Assembly: GCA_051747585.1 (NCBI GenBank)
Contig: JBNJGH010000023.1
Location: 24,756 to 38,962 of the forward strand
DNA length: 14,207 nucleotides
Direction: 5' to 3'
DNA from: Candidatus Rifleibacteriota bacterium
GTDB lineage: Bacteria; Muiribacteriota; Ozemobacteria; Ozemobacterales; Ozemobacteraceae
Below are positions 6,969 to 14,207 of the stretch, in pieces; within the stretch, counting starts at the first letter, position 1, and each line of letters starts with the position of its first letter. The notes below the pieces were generated by a model. It searched no databases, was not told the DNA's origin, and was given only the letters and a program-made list of their open reading frames with translations. The position numbers and the translations under genes are program-made.

Positions 6969-8393
6969 ATGATTCAAAAAATAAGCAAAAAGCCCATAGA
7001 GGCTGAGGGCTTTCTATTCTTTCCTATTAGAGGAAGAACTCCAGCTCCATTCCCTGATTGGATACCCTCGATAGTTTCTCAGAACTGGGAGGAGGATTTT
7101 GTTTCTTCCTGGCGTATGAATAACGAATATTTGTTCAAAACTCCTGCGCTCGAACTCGATTATGCTTTTCGCAACAACAGTAAAAACTGGCTCGGAAAAG
7201 CTCTGAATTTTTTTAAACAGCGCGGGGTGAAAAGTTTCAATTTATGTATGCCCCATTTGCCGGAGCCCGACTTAAGAAACGCGATTCTGGATTTTCTTGA
7301 AGTCCCTTTGTACATGGAATATGACATTGAGTTTTTTAAAACTCAGAAAAAAAAGAATACAAGCATTGAGCTGGTAAATTATGTGTTTGGCTCTCAGACT
7401 AAGATCGAAAAATACGAACAGCTGGTTAATGATGGAAAAGTAGTAAATGAAGCGGTTAATGATACCCGCAAGCTTGTTGATATGCCTGCAAACCTGCTGG
7501 GGCCTGAAGAATTGTTCAATGAAGCGGCCCGTTTAAGAGAGTATGGGGTGAGAGTAGAAAAGGTTCCGGCTGAGATTACCTCTAGAATGGGTGGGTTGAA
7601 CTCAGTTGGCGTTGGAAGCTCAAAGAAGCCCTGTCTAATAGAAATAGAATTGAATCCATCAGACGAACAACCTGTTTTGCTGATAGGTAAGGGCGTAACT
7701 TTTGATTCCGGAGGTCTTTGTGTTAAAAAACGTGAAGGTCTGCCCGAAGAAAAGACCGATATGGCCGGTGCAGCCGCAGTTATTGGAATTGTAAAATCAT
7801 TGGCGGCCATGGGTTTTAAAAAGCGGGTAGTGGCACTTGTCCCGGCTGCTGAAAATATGCCTGATGGCAGTGCTTATCGCCCTGGTGACATTATAAAGCT
7901 GTATGATGGAACCACAGTCGAAATTCTCAACACAGATGCGGAAGGTCGCTTGATTCTAGCTGATGCTTTTTGCTATGCCCGTGAATTTAATCCAGGATTG
8001 GTAATCGACCTTGCAACCTTGACCGGAAATATTATGCAGGCTTTAAGTACCAGATATACCGGGCTTTTTTGTAACGACAAGAATCTTGAAAAAAGATTTA
8101 TGGAAGTTGCAGAAGAAAATAATGAACAGGTTTGGCCAATGCCTCTACACCCTGACTTTAGCGAAGAGATAAGGGGACGCTTTGCCGATTTGCGTAACTC
8201 AGCTATCTCAGGCCGTGAAGCCGGGGCATGTACTGCTGCTGCTTTTTTGAATTATTTTGTTAAATGGCCCTGGGCCCACCTGGATATTGCCGGTTCATCC
8301 ATAGAGAAAAAAGGCCGTTCTTTCAGGCCGGTCGGATACGCCAGCGGTGTTGGGGTCAGACTGGTAGCCCAAACTATTTGTTCTCTTGATTAA
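6969..8393 (+). CDS. pepA: M17 family leucyl aminopeptidase, divergent N-terminal domain
   Basis: IGKGVTFDSGG, KTDMAGAA, NTDAEGRLILAD, DLATLTG, WAHLDIAG; metal ligands intact; AAAGGAAAGG upstream. Confidence 0.92.
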   Translation: MIQKISKKPIEAEGFLFFPIRGRTPAPFPDWIPSIVSQNWEEDFVSSWRMNNEYLFKTPALELDYAFRNNSKNWLGKALNFFKQRGVKSFNLCMPHLPEPDLRNAILDFLEVPLYMEYDIEFFKTQKKKNTSIELVNYVFGSQTKIEKYEQLVNDGKVVNEAVNDTRKLVDMPANLLGPEELFNEAARLREYGVRVEKVPAEITSRMGGLNSVGVGSSKKPCLIEIELNPSDEQPVLLIGKGVTFDSGGLCVKKREGLPEEKTDMAGAAAVIGIVKSLAAMGFKKRVVALVPAAENMPDGSAYRPGDIIKLYDGTTVEILNTDAEGRLILADAFCYAREFNPGLVIDLATLTGNIMQALSTRYTGLFCNDKNLEKRFMEVAEENNEQVWPMPLHPDFSEEIRGRFADLRNSAISGREAGACTAAAFLNYFVKWPWAHLDIAGSSIEKKGRSFRPVGYASGVGVRLVAQTICSLD

Positions 8394-8430
8394 TTAAATT
8401 TTGTTTTGTCTTAAAAGTTAACAAAAATAC

Positions 8431-8466
8431 AAACACCTCCGATATGGATAGCAATCGGAGGTGTTT
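8431..8466 (+). promoter_or_regulatory. perfect 13-bp stem-loop covering the SD of the downstream gene (translational control and/or terminator)
   Basis: AAACACCTCCGAT (8431-8443) and ATCGGAGGTGTTT (8454-8466) are exact reverse complements; 10-nt loop ATGGATAGCA; GGAGGTG (8457-8463) lies 5 nt before ATG 8469. Confidence 0.75.
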
Positions 8467-8468
8467 TC

Positions 8469-10268
8469 ATGAAAACAAGCAGAGTTGTGAAAATGCTGCT
8501 TTTTGCAGGAGTTTTATTCTGGACTCTATTAACTTTTTCAGGATGTACAAATGCCAACTCTTTGAGTTCGGAAAATCCTGTGGGCTCAGAAACAGATCCA
8601 GAATCAATTATAAATGATGACGACGACCAACAAACAAAATCAGAAAATTTTGCACCCGTGTTGAACCTTATGGTCGATCGTGAAGTTGTAGGTCCTGATT
8701 CTGAGGTAATTATAAGAGCCGAAACCCTCGACCCAGAAGGCGGCCAGGTTGAAGTTACCTGGGATGCCGACATTGGGGATCTTATAAACACTGCGGTGTC
8801 TCGCGCTGTCTGGAAAGCCCCGGATCATGGAGCGACAGCAAAAATTTCCTGTACCGCCGAAGACATAAACGGCTTGAAAACCGAAAGCGAAGTGCAAATC
8901 GAAGTGCTTGCCAACGGTGTTTATCAATTAAGAGTTATGGCAGATCGCTCTGCGATTCAGACGGCTTTTTCAGAAGATGCTGCCGACAATCTTTATATTC
9001 CGGTTTCCGGGGCAAAAGTTGAATTGCCGGCCCTTGGCAAACAGGGAGTTACCAATAATGACGGGCTGTTTGAATTTAACATCGATCAGACGCAAGACCT
9101 TGCAACATCTGCAAAAGTTCTGATTGATTACCTTGATTGGAAAGTTGATTATAATGCCACGCTGAAAACAAGGCAGGGAGCATCTACTGTTATGGATAGC
9201 CTGAGTTTTTCACCTGGATTCGATGGAGTTTCTATTGCCGTAGGTCGTGGCGATTCTTTTTCCATGAAACGAGGAGCTGTAGAAGTAACAACCCTGGAAA
9301 ACAGTTCCGGTGAAATAAAACCTGTTTCTGAAGTTACGGTTGATGCCGGTTCAGTTCAGTCTATTTCTTCTGCAGATACAGGGTTAGCTTTTGTAAATTC
9401 AGTTTCTGCTTCAAAAGGAAAGATTAATTTGAGGCTTGCCAAAACCGGATATCAGACGGTTGATGGTTATTATATTCCCGTTGCAGCAGATGGTTTGACT
9501 CTTGTCAGAGCCCAGCTCGAAAAAGTTGGCAAAATTCCTGACTCAGATGCGATTATTTCTTATACTAAACCATATAATTATCAAAAGTCATTTCCCGTGT
9601 CGGGGCCTTTTGAAATTGGGTTTGGCCAGCCAATGGAAAAAGACGGCATTTTTGACGACTTAAGTTTGATGATCCAAAATAAAGATGCCGGCTCTATGTT
9701 AGCTGTAAATGGTGCCGAAATTGAAGATAAATTCAGGGTTGAATGGATAGGCAGTACAATTTTAAGGCTGTACCCGAAGAAACTCTTGCAGGGGCTGACC
9801 AGATATAGCTTGCTTATAAGTCAATGGTCAGCTCGATCAGCTGATGGTCGTATATTGAAAAATTATAACGGCATGTATGGGGAATTTATAACAGATGAAG
9901 ATGCATCGCCGCAGCTTTTGTCTACCAGCCCGGTGAATGGCGATTCAGAAGTTGGAAGAACCGGCCCGTTCATCATGGAATTTAATCGAAAAATGAATGT
10001 AGAGAGCTTATATGATGATCTTGAAATTGAAATCACCAATCTTGATTCAAATTCCATCATATTTATCGATGGCGAAAATTTAAAAAGTCACTTTTCGGTT
10101 ACCTGGAAAAATGATAACTCTGTTTTAGAGTTGGTACCTTACCGAATGCTCGCTCCAGAGACTGAGTATCTTTTGCAGCTTAACAAGTCGGGGCTTATTT
10201 CAGATACGGGCAAAAAAGTTGCAGGCTTTGCCGGATTATGGGGCCAGTTCAAAACCGGCGGATTGTAA
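8469..10268 (+). CDS. surface lipoprotein with tandem Ig-like domains (PKD-like, carboxypeptidase-regulatory-like, two SbsA/Big_5-like)
   Basis: Lipobox FSGC; WDADIG..WKAPD; PVSGAKV..TNNDGLF and PVSEVTV..KTGYQT; two C-terminal repeats (about 9552-9893 and 9909-10259) sharing P..GPF...F...M.....DDL...W....L.P...L...T.Y.L..G.F.T. Confidence 0.8.
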   Translation: MKTSRVVKMLLFAGVLFWTLLTFSGCTNANSLSSENPVGSETDPESIINDDDDQQTKSENFAPVLNLMVDREVVGPDSEVIIRAETLDPEGGQVEVTWDADIGDLINTAVSRAVWKAPDHGATAKISCTAEDINGLKTESEVQIEVLANGVYQLRVMADRSAIQTAFSEDAADNLYIPVSGAKVELPALGKQGVTNNDGLFEFNIDQTQDLATSAKVLIDYLDWKVDYNATLKTRQGASTVMDSLSFSPGFDGVSIAVGRGDSFSMKRGAVEVTTLENSSGEIKPVSEVTVDAGSVQSISSADTGLAFVNSVSASKGKINLRLAKTGYQTVDGYYIPVAADGLTLVRAQLEKVGKIPDSDAIISYTKPYNYQKSFPVSGPFEIGFGQPMEKDGIFDDLSLMIQNKDAGSMLAVNGAEIEDKFRVEWIGSTILRLYPKKLLQGLTRYSLLISQWSARSADGRILKNYNGMYGEFITDEDASPQLLSTSPVNGDSEVGRTGPFIMEFNRKMNVESLYDDLEIEITNLDSNSIIFIDGENLKSHFSVTWKNDNSVLELVPYRMLAPETEYLLQLNKSGLISDTGKKVAGFAGLWGQFKTGGL

Positions 10269-10282
10269 GCAAGCCGCAAATT

Positions 10283-10351
10283 GTGGTTGCGAGAAGTTCT
10301 GCGAAGCTTTATACGAAGCAGAACGGCGAAGCAATCTGAATGTCTTGAAAC
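10283..10351 (+). repeat. palindromic intergenic element between convergent genes
   Basis: GGTTGC (10285-10290) pairs with GCAATC (10331-10336); inner stem GTTCTGC (10296-10302)/GCAGAAC (10318-10324); 3' end shared with positions 3-16 and 56-68. Confidence 0.7.
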
Positions 10352-10409
10352 GGTTATTATACACAAAGAATTGCTGAAATGGCTTAGCTTAAACAGACTT
10401 TAAAGCAGT

Positions 10410-11732
10410 CTAGATACCTTTGCTCATTATTGCTGTCGGTATTGTCTCGAGAATAATTATCAGATCTATCAGTATCGAAAAATTTTCGATATAGTAAAGA
10501 TCATATTCTATATGGTGATGTATGGGCAGGTTCTCTGATCTGGCATAGATCTGCCATAGGCCGGTAATGCCCGGTCTGAATTTCAGACGTTTTTTCTCCA
10601 GCTCTGTATATTTTTCTGCAATGAATGGCATTTCGGGCCTTGGGCCTACCACACTCATCTCGCCTTTTATAACATTGAACAATTGAGGTAATTCATCTAG
10701 ACCGCTAGCTCTTAACAAGCGTCCGGTAGCCGTTATTCTCGGGTCTTTCTTCTCTCTGGGAGTTTCAGCATAAATCGGGCTTTCACAGGTCATAGTTCTG
10801 AATTTGAAAATATAGAAATAAGAGCCTTCTAGCCCGGCTCTTTTCTGCTTAAAGATGACCGGACCCCTGGAATCTATTTTTATTAGAAGAGCACAAAGAA
10901 AAAAAAGCGGAAAAAGCAAGATCAAAAAAACTACCGAGAAAACAATGTCAAAAATTCTTTTTAACAAGAAATGGAACTTTTTGCTGTAAGGAGATTCAAG
11001 ACTGAGTAATACCGTGCCATCAAAATACATACTTTTTACATTTCTAAGATAAAGGTTGCTGATCGTAGGTATTAGATTAATTCGTATGTCTTTGTTTGCA
11101 GAGGCTTCTCTTAATTGCCAGACTTTTTGATAATCAGTCTCATTTGCAGAAAGAAATAATTCATCAATATAGTTATTCTTAATGAAATCCGAAAGGGTTT
11201 CCTGTTTGGGAATTTCGATCAGGCTTAGTCCCGAACCGGGGTTGTTTTCAATTCTTTCTTTAAGGTAGCGGAGGTTTTTATCTGAACCTCGAATTACAGC
11301 TGTTTTCAGGTCTATTTTGTTTTTGTGGAGCCATTTTTGCAGCCAAAAAGAGACTTGTCTTCCAATATTGCCAATAAATATTAAAAACAGCCAGCTGAAA
11401 AATATAACCAATCTGGAATAATCATAAGATTTATAAAGAAAAGTAGCACCCATCAATATAAAAATTAGAATGAAGCTGGCTTTAAAATGAAACAACAGCT
11501 CATCAATTTTAAAAATTTCGGGTCCCTGGCGATAACCACCTGAAAAAAAAATGATTAAATGCCAGGTTAAAAGAGCAAAGGCTAAAAGCAGCAGATATTG
11601 TTGCGGATTTCTGATGTAATTGTCTGTTACAAAAAATTCCGAGGTTCTAAGTTGATAAGCTGTAAAACCTGATAATATAAGAGCCAGGCTGTCAGAGGCA
11701 GCATTCAAAAGAGCTGCAATTCTAAGTTTCAT
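10410..11732 (-). CDS. polyprenyl-phosphate sugar-1-phosphate transferase (WcaJ/CpsE-like initiating glycosyltransferase)
   Basis: Four N-terminal TMs, KRIFDI, KFRTM, DPRIT, LDELPQLFNV, GEMSVVGPRPE, RPGITG, YDLYYI. Confidence 0.93.
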   Translation of the reverse strand: MKLRIAALLNAASDSLALILSGFTAYQLRTSEFFVTDNYIRNPQQYLLLLAFALLTWHLIIFFSGGYRQGPEIFKIDELLFHFKASFILIFILMGATFLYKSYDYSRLVIFFSWLFLIFIGNIGRQVSFWLQKWLHKNKIDLKTAVIRGSDKNLRYLKERIENNPGSGLSLIEIPKQETLSDFIKNNYIDELFLSANETDYQKVWQLREASANKDIRINLIPTISNLYLRNVKSMYFDGTVLLSLESPYSKKFHFLLKRIFDIVFSVVFLILLFPLFFLCALLIKIDSRGPVIFKQKRAGLEGSYFYIFKFRTMTCESPIYAETPREKKDPRITATGRLLRASGLDELPQLFNVIKGEMSVVGPRPEMPFIAEKYTELEKKRLKFRPGITGLWQIYARSENLPIHHHIEYDLYYIENFSILIDLIIILETIPTAIMSKGI

Positions 11733-11735
11733 TCT

Positions 11736-12440
11736 TCAGTCTTTACGTGCCAGTAAATGAAAAAATTTGAACCAGATAAAAGCAACTATAATTGAAATAA
11801 CTGTCGAGGCAATAATAAAGCCCGGCTTTATACTGAAAATACCGGTTCTATCCGGCTCATATCCCTTATCTTCAGGTTTGTCGCTACTGGTAAATATTTT
11901 AACTCCTGCCACTTTTTCAGGTTTTGCAGTTTTGGGGGCAGTTTCTGTTGGTTTAGAAGATTTTACCGGTTTGACTGATTTGGTTGTCTCGACTGGTTTT
12001 ACGGCTTGTGTTTGTTTCTTACTTTCCCCCGTTTTGGGATAAATTTTTACACCGTTTTTGCTTTCTAACCTGAAGTTAATTAAATCGGCAAGATCTTCAC
12101 AAAAATCTTCAAGTTCGGATTTGCTGGATATTGGAAAAGCCAGTCGGCTGGCATTGGCTCTGTTGTTTTGGGGGTAAAAAGTAAGAACTATTTCGCTTTG
12201 CTTTTGAAAATAATCGATTTCTTCGATGTTATTTCGGGCAAGCAGAGCTACTACCGGTTCTTTTTGATTTTTTCTGGTGTGAAAAAGAATGGATTTGTCA
12301 GTTAAAACAAGCCAGATTTGACCGGTTGTTTCAAATTTTCCCGAAGCAATACTTATTGATTTTAGAATTTTTTCATCCGGGGCAAGGTATATACTTAAAT
12401 CCTGTTTTATATTATCGGGAAGCTTCTTTAGGCCGATCAT
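11736..12440 (-). CDS. putative bacterial PH-domain protein with K/P/T-rich linker and C-terminal TM anchor
   Basis: LAPDEKIL..WLVLTDKSILF pattern resembles bPH domains; low-complexity VKPVETTKSVKPVKSSKPTETAPKTAKP; terminal hydrophobic helix. Confidence 0.7.
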   Translation of the reverse strand: MIGLKKLPDNIKQDLSIYLAPDEKILKSISIASGKFETTGQIWLVLTDKSILFHTRKNQKEPVVALLARNNIEEIDYFQKQSEIVLTFYPQNNRANASRLAFPISSKSELEDFCEDLADLINFRLESKNGVKIYPKTGESKKQTQAVKPVETTKSVKPVKSSKPTETAPKTAKPEKVAGVKIFTSSDKPEDKGYEPDRTGIFSIKPGFIIASTVISIIVAFIWFKFFHLLARKD

Positions 12441-12442
12441 AT

Positions 12443-13003
12443 TCAGTCTCCGTCTTTGCTCTCCAGGATTTCTTCAACGTCAAGCTCCAGGTCTTCGTCT
12501 GTTTCTGCTTCATCGGTTTCATTATCATCGCCAAGAAGAACTTCATATTGAACAAGCATGTTTTCCACATATCCCATAAAATCTTCCGGATTAAAAATTT
12601 CGAGTGGTATCCGAGAGTGAATTACCAGAAAATCATGCATTTCTACCAGCTCAGGGTCTTCCATATCAATTTCTTCGCTGAGCTCTGTTTCATCATCAAT
12701 TGGTATTGGTATTTTTATAACACTCAAAGTAGCGTTTATAAATTCAGAATTTACATACAAAAGATTGAACAGATCTTCTCTTGAATAATCACTGATGTCT
12801 TTAAGATATAACCCTACGGATACGGTTTGAACTTCAAACGTTTCTTCGTTGTCTTCTACGGCCAGGTAGCCACTAATGCTGTCTTCTATAGCGAAGTTCC
12901 AGACGCGGCCAATTTCGTTGTCGTCCTCAAAAACACATTCATAAACGGTACAATCCTCTGCCATTACCTCTTCAATTTTAACTGCAAAATCAGCTGGTTC
13001 CAT
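12443..13003 (-). CDS. highly acidic hypothetical protein, possible YbjN/CesT-like fold
   Basis: Start moved to ATG 13003 (GAAAGGGA at 13016-13009); about 56 D/E versus 7 K/R in 186 aa by hand count; LL..N...ATLSV..LVIHSRIPLE..NPEDF pattern. Confidence 0.75.
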   Translation of the reverse strand: MEPADFAVKIEEVMAEDCTVYECVFEDDNEIGRVWNFAIEDSISGYLAVEDNEETFEVQTVSVGLYLKDISDYSREDLFNLLYVNSEFINATLSVIKIPIPIDDETELSEEIDMEDPELVEMHDFLVIHSRIPLEIFNPEDFMGYVENMLVQYEVLLGDDNETDEAETDEDLELDVEEILESKDGD

Positions 13004-13036
13004 TTGTTTCCCTTTCAATTTTTATTTATTAACTGA

Positions 13037-13045
13037 ACTATACCA
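13037..13045 (-). promoter_or_regulatory. extended -10 promoter for the 13003-10410 operon
   Basis: Minus strand TGGTATAGT about 34 nt upstream of ATG 13003; no well-spaced -35. Confidence 0.5.
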
Positions 13046-13155
13046 TTTCTCAAATAATTTCAAAACCCCAATCGAATGGGCAGTCAGTGCAGGCGCAAAT
13101 AATCAGGTTTAAAAGTTGTCTATTTGTTGTTAGTCTAATCTTAAAGGAGGAGAAT

Positions 13156-13713
13156 ATGGCAAAAAAAGTAATAGTATTTATGGCAGAAGGCTTTGAAGAA
13201 ATGGAACTGACCATAAGCGTAGATATTTTGCGCCGCGCCGGGCTCGATGTGAAAGCCTGCACAATCAAAGATGAATTAACTTCAGTTAAAGGTTCGAGAG
13301 GAATCTTGATGCAACCTGATGTTAGAATTGACGAAATAGATATTAACAGCTTTGATGCAATTGTGCTGCCCGGAGGGCTAGAAGGAACAAAAAATCTGGG
13401 AGAATCTGAAAAAGTTTTACAAATCGTAAAAGAAGCCGCCCAACAAAATAAGCTGGTTGCTGCAATTTGTGCCGCTCCGGTAGTTCTGGTCAAAGCCGGG
13501 CTGGCTTCAGGCAGAACTCTTACTTCACATCCGGCTGCTCAAGAACACATGGTAGGCGTTAATTACTCTGAAGATAGAGTTTGTAAAGACGGCAATATAG
13601 TGACTTCAAGAGCTGCGGGCACAGCATTTGAGTTCGCATTCGCCCTGTTAAAAGAGCTTTGCGATGATAAAACCGTGCGGGAAGTAAACAAGGGAGTTCT
13701 GGCAAAAATCTGA
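13156..13713 (+). CDS. yajL: DJ-1/YajL (ThiJ/PfpI) family protein
   Basis: GFEEME, DILRRAG, DAIVLPGG, AAICAAP (catalytic Cys), DGNIVTSR; start moved to ATG 13156 with AAGGAGG at 13144-13150. Confidence 0.92.
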   Translation: MAKKVIVFMAEGFEEMELTISVDILRRAGLDVKACTIKDELTSVKGSRGILMQPDVRIDEIDINSFDAIVLPGGLEGTKNLGESEKVLQIVKEAAQQNKLVAAICAAPVVLVKAGLASGRTLTSHPAAQEHMVGVNYSEDRVCKDGNIVTSRAAGTAFEFAFALLKELCDDKTVREVNKGVLAKI

Positions 13714-13734
13714 TTTCAACCTGTGCTGTTTTGA

Positions 13735-14013
13735 CTAGTGAGCGGCGGGAGCGGCATCTGCTTCGATATAATCTTCGTTAAGTACCAGGTCGATGTATTT
13801 TGCATTTGAAGAATCACTCACATAATCGTTTAGCACCTTGGATGATTCTACCAGTTTTTCGTAGTTTGGAACTTTAACATCTTTGCCGCAAAGCGAACAG
13901 AATAGCTCACCATTACGTTCTTCGATTACAGTATGACTGACTTTCATTCTGTTTCGGCAGTTTGCACATTCAATTTTAAAGTAAAATACCAGTTGGTCTA
14001 TTCTTTCCAGCAT
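13735..14013 (-). CDS. small zinc-ribbon-like protein (CxxC-x18-CxxC)
   Basis: CANC and CSLC motifs; AAAGGA at 14027-14022 upstream of the ATG. Confidence 0.8.
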   Translation of the reverse strand: MLERIDQLVFYFKIECANCRNRMKVSHTVIEERNGELFCSLCGKDVKVPNYEKLVESSKVLNDYVSDSSNAKYIDLVLNEDYIEADAAPAAH

Positions 14014-14039
14014 ATTATGAGTCCTTTCTTGCTGCTGCT

Positions 14040-14070
14040 ATGATAACTCATTCTCAGGTGAAAATGTCAA
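14040..14070 (-). promoter_or_regulatory. candidate MerR/SoxR-type promoter (19-bp spacer with dyad)
   Basis: Minus strand TTGACA-TTTTCACCTGAGAATGAGT-TATCAT; dyad CATTTTCA-CC-TGAGAATG (14066-14049), arms match 7/8. Confidence 0.5.
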
Positions 14071-14138
14071 ACAAATGTTAGCCTCCCGGCAATTCTCGGT
14101 CAGCTACCATCAGTTGGTTTCAGAAAAGAAAATTCCTC

Positions 14139-14195
14139 ACACCAAGTCTCAAAGCCACAAAGAAAATAACCACAGAGCGCACAGAGAACACAGAG
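14139..14195 (+). repeat. two adjacent triplets of short tandem repeats (3 x 8 nt and 3 x 9-nt period)
   Basis: ACACCAAG/TCTCAAAG/CCACAAAG at 14139-14162; CACAGAG at 14171, 14180 and 14189. Confidence 0.7.
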
Positions 14196-14207
14196 AATTT
14201 TTTTTCA

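Noticed and set aside
11543..11551. A9 tract in the sugar transferase as a phase-variation site
   Set aside because: The ORF is in frame, and A/T runs of 8 occur elsewhere in this AT-rich window (e.g. 2692-2699), so it is not distinctive.
975..13493. Short alternative-frame or antisense ORFs (e.g. 975-1172, 1879-2103, 2724-2978, 4054-4269, 7394-7810, 8411-8791, 10139-10366, 11767-12042, 12326-12784, 13050-13493)
   Set aside because: All overlap well-supported genes and show no recognisable motifs; they are typical shadow ORFs.
6031..13713. Thiamine cluster suggested by ThiT plus a ThiJ-family gene
   Set aside because: ThiJ is a historical misnomer for DJ-1/YajL; the genes are over 6 kb apart in different transcription units.
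14139..14207. CRISPR array at the right edge
   Set aside because: Repeat units are 7-9 nt without spacers, and no cas genes are present.

Overview
Bacterial chromosomal window (roughly 40% GC by eye), densely coding, with no rRNA, tRNA, CRISPR array or transposase visible. Recognisable genes: ddl, a TAXI-family solute-binding lipoprotein, a ThiT-family ECF S component, rpmB (L28), an M17 leucyl aminopeptidase, a multi-Ig surface lipoprotein, a polyprenyl-phosphate sugar-1-phosphate transferase and a DJ-1/YajL protein, plus several hypotheticals. The best candidate for an undescribed system is the operon at 192-3699: a small membrane protein, an exported alpha/beta-hydrolase that has lost its catalytic Ser (GHGAG), and a translationally coupled TPR/M48-like membrane protein that lacks HEXXH and ends in a 6-Cys domain. 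This reads as a possible pseudoenzyme-based envelope sensing module. Non-coding signals: a perfect 13-bp hairpin burying the Shine-Dalgarno (SD) of the lipoprotein gene, a MerR/SoxR-geometry promoter (19-bp spacer with a dyad) ahead of a 4-Cys protein, two copies of a dispersed CGAAGCAATCT element, and 8-nt and 9-nt triplet repeats at the right edge. All family assignments come from motif recognition by eye; no searches were run.
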